DNA of 63,279 nucleotides, the filler included, from Asterionella formosa (lineage: Eukaryota), in assembly GCA_002256025.1 (NCBI GenBank). It is 7 parts of 7 records of this genome, joined end to end, with 100 filler letters (N's around TTAATTAATTAA, not from the genome) between each part and the next. Parts side by side here need not be neighbours in the genome. Positions count along the whole stretch, not along the records: positions 9,064 to 18,025 come from NKIB01011378.1; positions 18,126 to 27,087 come from NKIB01011389.1; 5 more parts are not named here. The stretch is one strand, 5' to 3'. The position numbers and the translations under genes are program-made. Below, one piece after another: positions 11,341 to 24,309 of this stretch (position 1 is the first letter of the stretch; every line of letters starts with the position of its first letter). A model generated the notes under the pieces. It was not told the origin of the DNA. It made no database searches and was given only the letters and a program-made list of their open reading frames with translations.

Positions 11341-14305
11341 CATAGAATGGTAGAATTCCTTTGTTGATTCTGAAGCAGAAGGCGGTTCGCTGAACACGTG
11401 CATCAGTCAGCAAATCCGAGTCGTGTTCAGAGTGTCTGCAAATAGAAACCATCATGCATATAGGATCAAGGGTATCGCATGCTAAGTGGCACAGGGTTTT
11501 TACATATATGATAGTTTTTGGATCGACAATAAGATCAATGTATCATATAATTATGATCATGCAGTAAACGTTTACCGAGCTTGAAGAATGATAATATTAT
11601 CATAGTAGTTATAATACCATTGCATCATATAATTAGTCAAACATGGGCCTATGATGCATACTATGTATACTATTGTCATACATCTATCTTAACATGATGG
11701 TAATTCTCATCGATTTCACTGTCTAAAATAGGATGAAATGGATCGAAGTTTAGAACCATATTTAAGAATGGTTCTATGTTTCTATATCTTGAGTGGCTAC
11801 AGAATGTTCTACAATGCTCTCATCGCAATGATTGGTGCTTCAGCTGCTTTCACTTGTTCCAACTTCCCCCAATCCAATTCTGAAGGTTGTTGTAGTAGTG
11901 CTGGTTGCCTTGCCTTTGTTCCCCTGCTTTCCTTTTACTCCTGATAGAACTGAGTTTGCATTCACGCATTTTCCCATTATTATTTAATCTGTTTTGTTGT
12001 CCCAATCATACAAAGAGAAGCAATTCATTATTGATAGCTGTTCATGTTTTGCTTACACAATAGCATGCATTTCGCTTCTATCTTCACTTACCACAAATTG
12101 AGGAAGTAACTGATGCATATTTCTGAAAAAGAATGTGTCAGTTGAAGATTGAATAAGAAAGTATCGATCAATTAATGGGCTCCAACGCTGCTGTCTGTAA
12201 CTTACAAATATTTTTTGCCCACCATTATCCTGAAAGAAGCAACACACATGTGTCAGTTTTTCTAACAGTTGTGGATTGATCCAAAGATGATAGCACTTCC
12301 CGATTTCTTTTGCCCGCATTTATGCTTGGCCACCAAATCGAAAAGGAGGTATTGAATCACTGAAAGGGGATGAGTCATTCTGTATTTGTAATCCCAACAA
12401 TTGATCATTCTGGCATTTGCTCTTGACATGCCGTGATACTATGCACAGCTTGTTGATTCCGTCCTTCTCCATCATATTCACTCCTTCTGAGCCGCATGGT
12501 GTATCATTGTGCTGTATTGTCACTTCAGTTTTTCGCATCATTTGTTGCTTGAGATCCTTCATTTCAGGAAGTGTATGCATGACAAGGAACATGAAAGGCA
12601 TTTGCTCTTGACTTCATACCATCAATTGATTCCGCCCTTCTCTTCTAAGCCGCAAGTGTCATTGCGCTATATTATAACTTTCGTTTTCCGCGTCATCATG
12701 TTTGATGATCCTTCATTTCAGGAGCAAAGTGTATGCATGCCAAGGAACATGAAAACATGATTTCAAATGTTTCAGCCATGAATACACCATATAAATAAAG
12801 ATTTGTAAGAAGTTTAAATATATGTATAGTTGAACATTTGCATAGTTTTAAACATGCTCATTATACGGCATATCTTGTGTATACTAATATCAATTTTGAT
12901 TAAACATAATTCAAATATATACAATGCATGATGAGTTCATAAATTTCCACAACCTGATGAGTTTTTCAATTTGTTTTGTGTCAATTCTTGTACCTACAAG
13001 TCAGTGGCTGATTTAATCAAGCCCCTTAATAAACAGGAGTCATCAATTTTTCAAATGATCTAGATCATACATTTATGAATATAGACATATTGATCAAATT
13101 TCACTTGTAGGAGCTATCTCGAGCAAAATGCAGATGCATGAGGACCCATTTTTCTTCAAACCATCTATTCTCAACATACGTACAAACTACGGTATGACAG
13201 TAGAACAATGGCAAATTGCGTTCAATTATGGAATGCGCAACCCCGAAAGTGGTGATGATGGGAAGGAAGAAAGCAAAGGTATGCTCGTTTTGAAGATTGT
13301 AAGCGTTAAACATCCAGCGGTATAGTCTATGTAAGTGCAACCACAGTAGAAAGTATACCAAACGACAATTACTCTATTCTAATTGTAATTATGATAGTGG
13401 CTTGCTGTATTCGGTTTCACTGCAAATATTTGAGTGGCCGGCTGATGTAAAACAGCATTTGGCGATATGTTCATGCATGCAATGAATATGAATATGTCAA
13501 ATTACTTTCGATTAATTTATTTAAAAAAAACTAAAAATTTAATTAAAAATAAATAAATTTTATGTTCATGTCTATGTAACACCTAAAAACCGAATATTTT
13601 CGAGTAAGCCGACCCCCACGTAGAACATTGGTATTCAGTCTACATAATCTGTGCTAAAATAAGCTGCTCGGCAATGAGGGTTCCGATAATCAATACAACT
13701 ATTTTCGGACGGAGGGAGTACCAGGTAATGCCAGCTACGAGGTAGAGTACCTGGAACATACGGTAGACTGCCTTGTGTATTCCTTCTACAGTATGAAAAG
13801 CAAGAGTGAGACAGGAGTCCTGAAAAATCGATCTTGCTTGCTTTCCCTGTTGTGCATGTGCTATGTATTTGTATTTGCTATAATTCATAAAATGTATATA
13901 TGATGTAGTAAACAAAATATAAACAAGCACTGAACATACCACGAAAAAAGCATATGCTGCTGGACACCAAGAAATACAGTTACCCAATGTTCACTTCTAA
14001 TAATGTGTGCTCTATGAATTTATTACCTGCCCTGTTAGAAATACATGCTGCTGGTAGCAGCAGACAGCCTCCCGTAAATCCATTCACTCAAGTTTGGGCA
14101 CATACATACATGGTGGTCATACGTGCTATGACCATACTATTGTTCCTGTTCACTATTGATTGATGATACCAGAGGCATGCTCCAATATTCCTCTGCTACT
14201 CCTCCCCTTTATTCAATCTTTTGTTAACCAACATGAGGGTTAAAAGATAATTGTACCAGGTGTAACAAAGATCTGCTGCAGCATGAATCTCTGAATGAAT
14301 CTATT

Positions 14306-14645
14306 GAATCTGCTTATCAGTTCATGTGGTAGCTAATAAGTGTGCATAGCTCCCAGTTCCATCCAATGTCATCCTCTGGCATTAGGTAATAAGATTGCAC
14401 TGTCTGGGACAAAGATTGAATTCACTTATCATTTCATGTGGTAGCTGACAAGTGTGCATACAAGTTCCCAGTCCCATCCAATGTCTTCCTCTGTCATTAG
14501 GTAGTAACTTGGCACTATCTGGGACAATGATTGAATTTGCTTATCAATTCATGTGGTAGCTGACAAGTGTGCATACTAGTTCCCAGTCCCATCCAATGTC
14601 TTCCTCTGGCATTAGGTAGTAACATGGCACTCTCTGGGACAAAGA
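14306..14645. repeat. Tandem repeat, ~115-bp unit x3
   Basis: ttcatgtggtagct...catccaatgtc...attaggta...ctgggacaa recurs three times. Confidence 0.85.
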
Positions 14646-14768
14646 ATGCATGATTGCGTTGCCATGTCAAGAGCAAAAGGTGGCCTTCTCCAGCATTTTA
14701 GGCTTCGAAATATTTGTTTTATGTCTTTGGTGCAATATTTCTCCCTGCATGTAGGCAGCCTTCGTTAA

Positions 14769-17700
14769 TGTTGGAGAAAATATTTTAGGAAAGAAAATCC
14801 CGGTATAAATTACCTACTACATATTAAATCGAATGAATCAAGAAAGAATATGGTACCAGAGAATTCGAAAACAATCTACGCCAACAGTAAAAAACCCATA
14901 ATTCTATTAAAACTCTTAGGAACGATTCCAATCGATCACGGAGACATCGTTGTTATATCTACAGCCTATTTGGTCCCTGACGTGTCCTTACAGGATACAA
15001 GAAAGCATAGGGTGCTTCGGGACGCAATTTCAACAGTTTCAATAGAATTAGCCGGCCAGGAAGAGCCGTGATACCACAATCAACAACAGGTGGACCATTG
15101 AGAGTCCGGAGACAAGATCTGAGGGTACCAGACCATCCAGAGTCTGAAGAAGTCGCACAGGGCGCATCATGAGTGGCAAAGGAAAGTTTACCAAGAAGAC
15201 TCAAGCCAATGGCAAGTTACAAGCCAAGGGAGGGAGCAATATTGCTTCTCACTCAATCAAGAAGTCAGTCAATGATTATAACTACTACCTCGGATCATCG
15301 AAGCAGGCATCTGACTATGAGACCACTACTGAGTATCTCATCAACTACATCAATAAAGTGTTTGATTATGGCAGCGACATTGGAATTGCACTCAAGTCAT
15401 TAGAACCAATCAACACATCGGTATGGAAGCCAAGAATGCAAGTGAGCATGGCAGCAACAGAAGAAGATCGCGCCGCAGAGAATCGGCAATTTGAGATCGA
15501 GTTTAAGGCTGATTATGACAATACAGTAAAAGGGTACAGGCCTACGAAAATAATAACACCAAGGCATATGCGTTGCTCTGGGAAAGATGCAACAAAGCCA
15601 TGAAGAACAAGATTGAAGCGAGATCTGATTACAATAGGATCGAAAATAACCCAATAACATTGCTTATGGCAATTAAAGAACACGCACTAAATTTTCAAGA
15701 AAATCGATATTCTATGTCGATCATTTTAGATGCAATGAAAACGCTTTTATTTACAAAGCAGAAGGAAGGAGAAAGTCTACAAGACTACACCAAGAGATTC
15801 CGTGTGGCACGTGATGTGCTCAAGTCACACATGGGAGGACCCATTATCCTCACCAAGTTCGTTGAAGCCATGGATGGATACAACAAGACCGACATCAAGC
15901 AACGAGATAAATTTCGTGAACAAGCTTTCAGTCAATTTATGGCATATTTATATCTCGATAATGCCGATAAAGCCAAATACGGATCAATTATGACCGGGCT
16001 GAACACTCAACAGTCACTCGGCAACGACCAATACCTGAAGACCATCACCAAATCAAATAATGTTCTCAGCAACCATCGGTTTGACGTTACAAATAAATCC
16101 AACTACAAGAAACCAGGAGATAATGATAAAGAGAGGACCAAAGGATGCAGGCAAGGAAGACAAAGATGTGAACTTATCGTTTGCACAGTTAGAAGGAAAA
16201 TGTTACTGCTGCGGAAAAGCAGGTCACAAATCTCCTTCGTGCTGAGACAAGAATAAACCCAAAGAGGAATGGGCAATTAACAAGGCCCAAAGCCATGCAC
16301 AGGCTAATACATCCGACACGAGTACAGTTACCTCTGTTAATTCCAACAACCCGCCATCATCACAAGCTTCTCAACAAGCAAATGCCAATCAATTTGGATG
16401 GACAGGAGCTCATATGAAACTACAATTTTACCAAGCATCTGAGATGCGTGACTGGATACTATTGGATAATCAATCAAGTGTCACAGTCTTTTGCAACCCA
16501 AAAATGGTTAATAACATTCGAATGTCAACCAACAGAAGCATGCAACTGGCCACAAATGGTGGATCCATGGTAACTAATATGAAGGCTGATCTTCCAGAAT
16601 GGGGAGAAGTATGGTTTAATGAAAAGGCAATCACAAACATCTTCAGTTATGCCGAAATGACAGATAGGTACAGAATTACCTACAATTCCGAGAAAGAATC
16701 TGCATTCATTGTTCATTTTCCTGACAAAACAGTTCGATTTGAAAGAATTGGGATGAACTTATATGTTTTCAAGCCAACTACAAGAATTAGAGCGGAGAAT
16801 GCTCAAATGTTAAATACACTTGAAGAAAACAAAACATTTTACACTGAACGTCAATTTCAGAGAGCTAAGCAAGCTCGTGATCTATTTCATGCCTTGGGTA
16901 CACCATCAATTAATGATTTCAAGGCAATAATTTGTATGAATACGATCAACAATAATCCAGTGACTACCAATGATATCAAAATTGCAGAGAAAAATTTTGG
17001 ACCTGACATTGGAACACTAAAAGGCAAGACAACTCGTCGCAAGCCACTGCCAGTCGTGAACGACTACATCGAGATTCCTAAGGAGCTTACCCAAGCTCAA
17101 CACAAAGTGATTCTTTGCATGGATGGAATGAAAGTGAATGGACAATCATTTCTCACAACAATTTCTCGAAACATTATGTATAGGACAGCGCAATGGGTCA
17201 AGAATCAGACAGCTGAAGTCTATCGAGATGCTTTGATTCAAGTATTCCGTGTTTATAATACCGGAGGATTTAAAATTACAACAATCCACTGTGACAACGA
17301 GTTTCGACCTTTGATGGATCAAATTATATTGAGTCAATTGAATTCATGGTCAACCCATATGATCCATGCGATGCAAATCGCATTGTTAATGGCAAACAGC
17401 ACACAGTTACTTGGCACGTAGACGATTTGAAATCAAGTCACGTGGACAGCAAAGTGAATGATCAATTTTTGGAATGGCTCAAACAGAAATACGCTTCTGA
17501 CGAAATTGGTGAAGTCAAGGTCATGCGTGGAAAGAAACATGATTATTTGGCGATGACACTAGATTACTCTCTTCCAGGAGTGTTGAGGGTGGACATGACC
17601 AAATATGTGAAATCAATGATTGATGATTTTCCAATGAAGCTTGAAGGTGTTGGAAAATTCTCATGCACAGATAAATTGTTCACAGTTGATACAAAATCAA

Positions 17701-18025
17701 AGAAGCTTGAATATGAAAAAGCAAAAATATTTCATACTTTTGTTATGAAAGGAATGTTCCTATGTAAGCGAGGAAGACAGGACATTCAACCAGGAATTGC
17801 ATTTCTGGCAACCCGAACTACCGAACCGAATGAAGGCGATTGGGTAAAATTAGTCAAGATCATGAATTTCTTGAAAGCAACTCAGAACGAGGTTGCATCT
17901 ATGAGTGCTGATGACACTCAGAGCATTAAATGGTACGTTGATGCGGCGTTTGCAGTGCACAAAGATTTTAAAAGTCACACAGGAGCTACAATGTCACTTG
18001 GACACGGAATTATCTGTTCTATGTC
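14769..18025 (+). mobile_element. Degenerate Ty1/Copia (CoDi-like) LTR retrotransposon: putative 5' LTR 14769-~15088, then gag, protease, partial integrase, RT and RNase H; truncated by the scaffold end
   Basis: TGTTG...CAACA LTR ends; gag Zn knuckle CYCCGKAGHKSPSC; protease WILLDNQS; integrase IHCDNEF; RT NPYDPC and WHVDDL; RNase H WYVDAAFAVHKDFKSHTG. PR-INT-RT order; frameshifts and a stop at 16243. Confidence 0.92.
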
Positions 18026-18676
18026 NNNNNNNNNNNNNNNNNNNNNNNNNNNNNNNNNNNNNNNNNNNNTTAATTAATTAANNNNNNNNNNNNNNNNNNN
18101 NNNNNNNNNNNNNNNNNNNNNNNNNCTCACATCTGCATATATGGAAGGGAAAGATGTTATTTATGTCGAAATCCAAATTATTGGACACAGACACAACAAA
18201 CCCTCTGCAGCATTGTGCACAAAGATATTAAGTGCGGTTTCTTACCTTGTATCAAGCTTGATTTTTATCGTTGGTCCTGAGGAAGTGGAGAAACTTTGAG
18301 TGGTAGCAGCGCACATGAACAGCGATACAATTTTATAGTTTGCTTCCGGTCTCACACGGTACTGATCATAAGCCCCTTGGTGGCCACATTTGAGAAGCAA
18401 AACAAAATCATATAACTTACCTCTTCTCACCGGTTGGTTTGATACCGGTAGAAGGCTCTCTATCACCATTACCTCATCAGTTTCTTATGTGGAATAGAAC
18501 GCATTACCGGTATGAATTTTTTTAACAACAATATCTGAAAATTTCCTCTTCTTCAAAAAGTTTGTATAACATACATCTCTGTATGTCTAGTAATTTTTTT
18601 AAGGAACATTTAATACCCTACCAGTATGTATGATTAGATAAAATATACAAGACTTAACAAGAATTCGAATACCCGG

Positions 18677-18876
18677 TACTGTGAAACTGTATGTATTAAT
18701 ACGCTGGTACTGTGAAACTGTACTAGGTTTGCCCTACCAGCATTCCCTTCTTCCCCTTGTCTCAATACCCGGTCGGAACATGACATGGTCGTGGCTACAG
18801 TGAAACTGTACCTATTACTAAGCTGGTACTATGAAACTGTAGTAGGTTTGCCCTACCAGCATTCCCTTCTTCCCCT
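18677..18876 (+). repeat. Dispersed/tandem repeat (tactgtgaaactgta...ggtttgccctaccagcattcccttcttcccct); two units here and two at ~26720-26882
   Basis: Near-identical strings at 18708-18758, 18827-18875, 26720-26765 and 26822-26875. Confidence 0.8.
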
Positions 18877-19719
18877 ATGTTGGTGCTGCATCGCTTCCAA
18901 TCCATCACTTGCCCACTGTATAATCCTATAGTTGACAGACCATTATCCCTTTCTGCTTCCTTGTTCTGTTACAATCACGTTTTTCTTGACAACTTGACAT
19001 TTGCACGCTATCGACAGTGCCATATATCACTTGTTATCTGGAATGGCAAATATTCCGAGTGCTACAAGGAATGGAACAATCTTGGTAGTGAAGGGGATAC
19101 CGATCGCAGATTTTTCAATCAGAAAAAACCTGTTTCTATGAACCTGTTTCTATGGCGTATTTCATGTCTGTTCAAGAGACAACAGAAGAGTAAGGAACGA
19201 CTCTTACTGGTTAGATACTTTGATCATGATGACAAAGGCAAGGAGAAGAGACTAGATGACAGTGTCCTGGATTTTCTTCTCAACAAATTCTATGTGGTCC
19301 TGGAGTCTGGCTTGTTTAACAAAACATCATTTGAAACTTCAAGGAAATTTCGGAATCATATAGGACAAGCGATGATTTTATGGAAAACTCATTTTCCTCG
19401 AGATTTTAGACTACATCAGAAAGACAACAGTATGCCACCAAATGTACCCATGAACTACATCCAGACTGGCGACCATGTCCTGTTTCAATATTTTCAACTC
19501 CTTACTGAATAAATGGGACAAATCACTTTCCTCCACGACTTGTTCTTTAATTACTTTCCAATCACTCCTACAATTTCGGAACTCTTTGGTGACAAGTCAT
19601 GGACTGCATCTTCCAGATTGGCAACCATGTCTGGAGTTGCCTTTAACTTTTCATTTTGCTTTTGCTTTGGAAGGGGGAGATTTTATATCAAGTCTATCAG
19701 ATTCAATAGACTCAATTAG
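18877..19719 (+). pseudogene. Degraded ORF of unknown family (two ORFs in one frame separated by a single TAA at 19510-19512)
   Basis: ORFs 18877-19512 and 19513-19719 share a frame; no motif recognised. Confidence 0.3.
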
Positions 19720-21139
19720 ACGCTCTGAGGAAGTAGAAACAAGATCTACCACGGGCATACAAGAAACATGATCTTTACTTCTTGGAATGGTATTGGGAGA
19801 AGATAAACTGGCATCAACTATTTCGTTTTCATTCGCCTGTGTCAATGCATAAACAAAAAATACACGACGTCGGTGATCTTTATTTGGAATGACAGGTATG
19901 ACGAATTCCATCGGCTTGTCAGGAAAAAAAGTTTCCCAATTTTGGTGATGCTTCTCAAATGGGACCGTAATGGTGCACAGAAGCTTGTTCCTCTATTCTT
20001 CTGTATCAATACCAGCACCAACAATATTAGTAAAAATACAGTGATCATTTGAAACGTCCCCAAAACGGAGAAGTTTATCAACATCATTGGACTCATTTCG
20101 ACAACCATTGTTGCTGTACGACATTGGAATCAGCTATTGATTGAATAATGGTTATGGTACCCTCATATATATTTTACACTTCTTTGGAGTGGCAAGAACA
20201 TATGTGTGGGACAAGCTACACTACGTAAAGTATTTAAGCTATATATATAAAGCGGTCACTTTGTGGAAAGTAGTATTTTTGTGGCAATGGGGTTAGGCTG
20301 TCCTATATATCGCCTCTGATGTTGCCGATAAAGAGATTTCTTAAAACAATGGGATAGTAGTACAATGTTATTAAGCAAAGTTACGATTGTTATTTCGAAC
20401 CCCCTGCTATTCAAGGTTCATGTGGCGCTACTATTTCCTGAATGAAATGAAGCTACTTCCTGATTAGTGATGTTGCGGCTCTAATTCTGCAGCATGCAAA
20501 CGTGCTCGCCAATAGATAGTCAATGAGAATGGAAGACTCATGATTATGGCCATGAGCAACAAACTGCGCCGCCATCTGGGCGGTACATCTTCACTTTGAT
20601 CCACATCTCATCTTGAAGAACAGATTCGAAATACGGATCAATGTTCGCAATGGGCGAATTTTGATCAAAAGGTATTATCTTCTTGATTTCGGTTGGAATT
20701 GGAATCGGGTATGGCCTTCAATGCATCGTTCTCCAATTCTGTCGTATAAATTGACCAAAGCTTTTGATTTCGAGTAACAAACAAACAATCAAACTTCGGC
20801 AGCATATTTACCCATCAATATCGAGACCATATCATTTGTTATAAGACTGAGATCATCGTCGTCCCTGCAAGAAGGTAGGTGGTAAGGGATTCAACGAACG
20901 CACATGGCTTGTAAGAAATTCGATTACTGATATGCGAATGGAGAGATAATGACAAATACTACCAGTACAAGAATTGGATCAAAGCATGTACCGGTAGAGC
21001 ATTCAAATCGGAATGTCAACAAGGAACGCACCGTTGTTGCACAGAATTCATTCTGATAGCATCATTGGCTACAAGGTTTACATACACGTAAGGTGATCTG
21101 TGTAAAGTCATAACCTTCGCCAAAACAATAAGCAATTGA

Positions 21140-21545
21140 TCAAAGAGCAACAGCAATTGATCAATCAAACAACATATCAATATATCAAAACATTTGGTTA
21201 GCATATTAGTTTTGATAACTAATATATATGACTTCTATCTATGCGTAACCTGATGTGTGTAAGAAAGTAATCTGACAAACAAAATTGATTGACCATACCG
21301 ACACGGTCATTGATATATCAAAATTATCATCAACATAACACAACATTTGATCAATATATCAACAATTTTGGTTAACCGATTAGATTTGGTAACTAATATA
21401 TACGAGTTCTTATATATGCATAACCTAACGTGTGGATGCTAGTAACCTAATGTACAAAATTGATTGATCATACAGACACTGCCATTGATATATCAAAATT
21501 ATCATCAACATATCAAAATATTTGAATAATCAATCAGTTTTATAA
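21140..21545. repeat. Degenerate direct repeat, ~180-bp unit x2
   Basis: caaaattgattga...cattgatatatcaaaattatcatcaacata occurs at ~21280 and ~21455. Confidence 0.7.
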
Positions 21546-22764
21546 CGTATGCTGAGTAAAACGTTAGGTCTAATGGAAAATCTATTCACAGACATAACCT
21601 GGTACCAGGTTGTCAGAATGTGTTTGTTCGGCTGTTGATATCGACAGGTTTCCAAAGACTAGATGTAGTCTGAGTAATGTCTAAATGGAAATAGACAGTA
21701 TTTATATAGCAGAAGCAAACAAGTGGCGCAAGAAAGATCTTGACCAGTCATTCCAGGGCAGTACTGGAGCACGCTAGGAAGTAGCGCTATTAACTTCAAC
21801 ACCAGGCTACCGCTACCCTGGTATTTACCAGATACCTGTTACCGAGTACCAGGTACCATGCACTAGGTTCCTGGTAGGTACCAGGTACCACCTGTAGAGT
21901 AACTGAGGTGGTTCCCTCAAGAAAGCTTTAAGGCTGGTGCTAACCGTGGACCAAAACCAAATTGGGTTTATCACTGCTACATTCTAAGGAGTCAACACGA
22001 ATCCTACGTGTACCGGTAGGTAACTTTGGAAAAAATTCCCTATGTAAACGTAATGCATTTAGGTAACTTATTGGGATATGGGCACGGAATCCCTTAAAGC
22101 AAATGCGTTTGCGTTGGGTTTTTCACTCCCGTTAGCATCGCTTTTTAGGGTTTCCGAAACCAAAACTCTGTTTGGTTGGCGTTTTGGTTCATCGTTAGCA
22201 GCGGCATAAGGCTTACGGTACCAGGTACAAGGGCACCAGGAGGACGTTAGTCTACCGGAGCATACAGTAGTCGTATGTAGGAGTCCCGCCTTGTTCGTTT
22301 TACAAATGCTGTACTCAACCTTTCTGTGCACACAAAATAAATATCAAAAATGTGTGTGTATTTCTTTTTACGAGTTGTTTCGCGCAATTTTATTGGAAAT
22401 CCACGGTTGGCTCTTGGCTAGTGACATACTGGCCAGTGCACTACGGGTGCGCTGAAAGTGTGTGTGTGCGCCTAAACTACCGGTAATGCATTTCGTGACA
22501 ATAAACGGTAGAGGAAATCTGAAACTTAAATATCAAAGACGGATCGAATATTATTTGAAATAATTCATACATGAATATAATAATGAATCAAGTTGTTGAA
22601 ATTGATGATTGGCCGCCTCAACCCATTCTGTTTTTGAAAGCAGGCGTAGCAGAAGACCTGGTAGCCTCTCTCTCAAAAATCACCTGAAAAATTTTCTCCC
22701 GCTCACTTTCTCGTCAAATGGAATTTTGAGAAGGCAATTTCATTGCCATAAATAATTCTCAACC

Positions 22765-24309
22765 ATGTTGACCGATTCCAGCATGCAGTTGAACCATAGC
22801 AACGGAGATTTCACGTTCAAGCCTATTCAGGTACGATGAATGCACTTTCTGATATGGCAACGATCTGTTAACGACCTAGAACGGTGTTTGTTCCATTTAC
22901 CCACTTGTCCACGTTCGTCAAAGTGGCTTCAATCCCAATAAATTTGCCGCTCGCCTTCAATGTTTCATTGCATTGTGATGGCCATTGTATCAACTGTTTT
23001 AAGCAGATCGTCGACATAGTTTCCACTGGACTCCCTTATCAATTTAACGTCAGTTGACGTGCTCTTCAGTTTCACCTGCTAACTAATTCTTCTTTTTCTT
23101 AGTGGGAGAGACTGAAAACTTCGGTTCAATCACTCCAACAAATCACTATGACAGGCATCGAAGAAGTCATGGAGTCTCAGGTTTATGGTATTGAGGTAAG
23201 CAATTGAAATGCGGGCATACGAAGCAATGATCACAATGGCGCTGATTTGAATTTTTTTAATCCGAACATTTAAATATACTCACATCTGTTTATTTCAATC
23301 TTTCGCTCATAACCCTAAATACTCCCACCTTTTTTGTTTTATTATCTTTTTTCTCGCCGTTTCCTCTAATGACACACTGATTTATGGAACATCACGCTTC
23401 CTTGTCGGCAAAGACTCCGATCGATGAGGTTCTGAATTTATGTACCGAAGACCTTTTCATAGATATGTGCGATCGGCAGGTTGACTATGTCTCTCCATCG
23501 ACGTTTATGCCAAATGCTACGTTTCTTCCATACCGCCGGTATCTAGTTGATTGGATGAGCGATGTTGGGGAACAATGCCGCCTCCACAACACGACTATTC
23601 ATGTTAGTATTCTTTACCTCGACAAGATTTTCCGATCTCGTGAAATCCCTCGAAATCAATGGAAGCTGATTGCAACCGCATGTATCAGTGTCGCAGCCAA
23701 GTATGAAGAAGCGGAAGAGCATTGCCCACCGATCCCAGATCTCCTGCAGCTAACAAAGCTAAGTAATGCAGGATATACATCACTTACATTCCGGGAGGGC
23801 GAGTTGGAAGTCTTGAAACACTTGGGCTGGAGACTACGAGCAACCCCTGCCCTTCACGTGATTGGATACTTCCTTGCAAAGGGAGTTACTTTTATGGATG
23901 ACACATGGCAAGGGCGCACTTTGATTGAAAAGATCCCGAAGTATGTGAGGAAATATGCAGAATTCTTCGCAAACCTTTGTCAACAAGGTACGTGTAACCT
24001 GATGTGCATTTGATTTTTCATATTTATATACGCATAAAGCCATTTTCTTATTTCAACTTTTCGCAAACTCTTCCAGAATATGCCTTCAGCCAGTATCTGC
24101 CAACCGAGCTGGCTGCTGCCTTGATCCTTGCTTCTCGAACCGCATTGCAGCTGGAACCTAGATGGCGACCAGAACTTGCCCGTCTCACGCACCTTGATGA
24201 AGATGACATTCAGCATATCTTCCAACATGTTTGGTCTTACTATGAAGAACAGTTCCCGGGTCACGGAACGCGAGCAATCTCTCCTCGCTCTGTTGCTGCA
24301 CCTATGTGA
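22765..24309 (+). CDS. Cyclin (cyclin box N and C domains); exons 22765-22830, 23103-23195, 23414-23987, 24077-24309
   Basis: RRYLVDWM, SILYLDKIF, LIATACISVAAKYEE, ELEVLKHLGWRL, YLPTELAAA. All three introns are GT..AG and keep the frame; the two 5' exons are less certain. Confidence 0.9.

Noticed and set aside
11738..13361. Scattered 60-90 aa ORFs in AT-rich DNA with a local ~185-bp duplication (12412/12597)
   Set aside because: No recognisable motif or consistent frame; at most an unidentifiable relic.
14306..14645. Repeat arrays as possible CRISPR (also 11209-11340 and 35086-35870)
   Set aside because: Whole units repeat with no unique spacers, there are no cas genes, and the context is eukaryotic.
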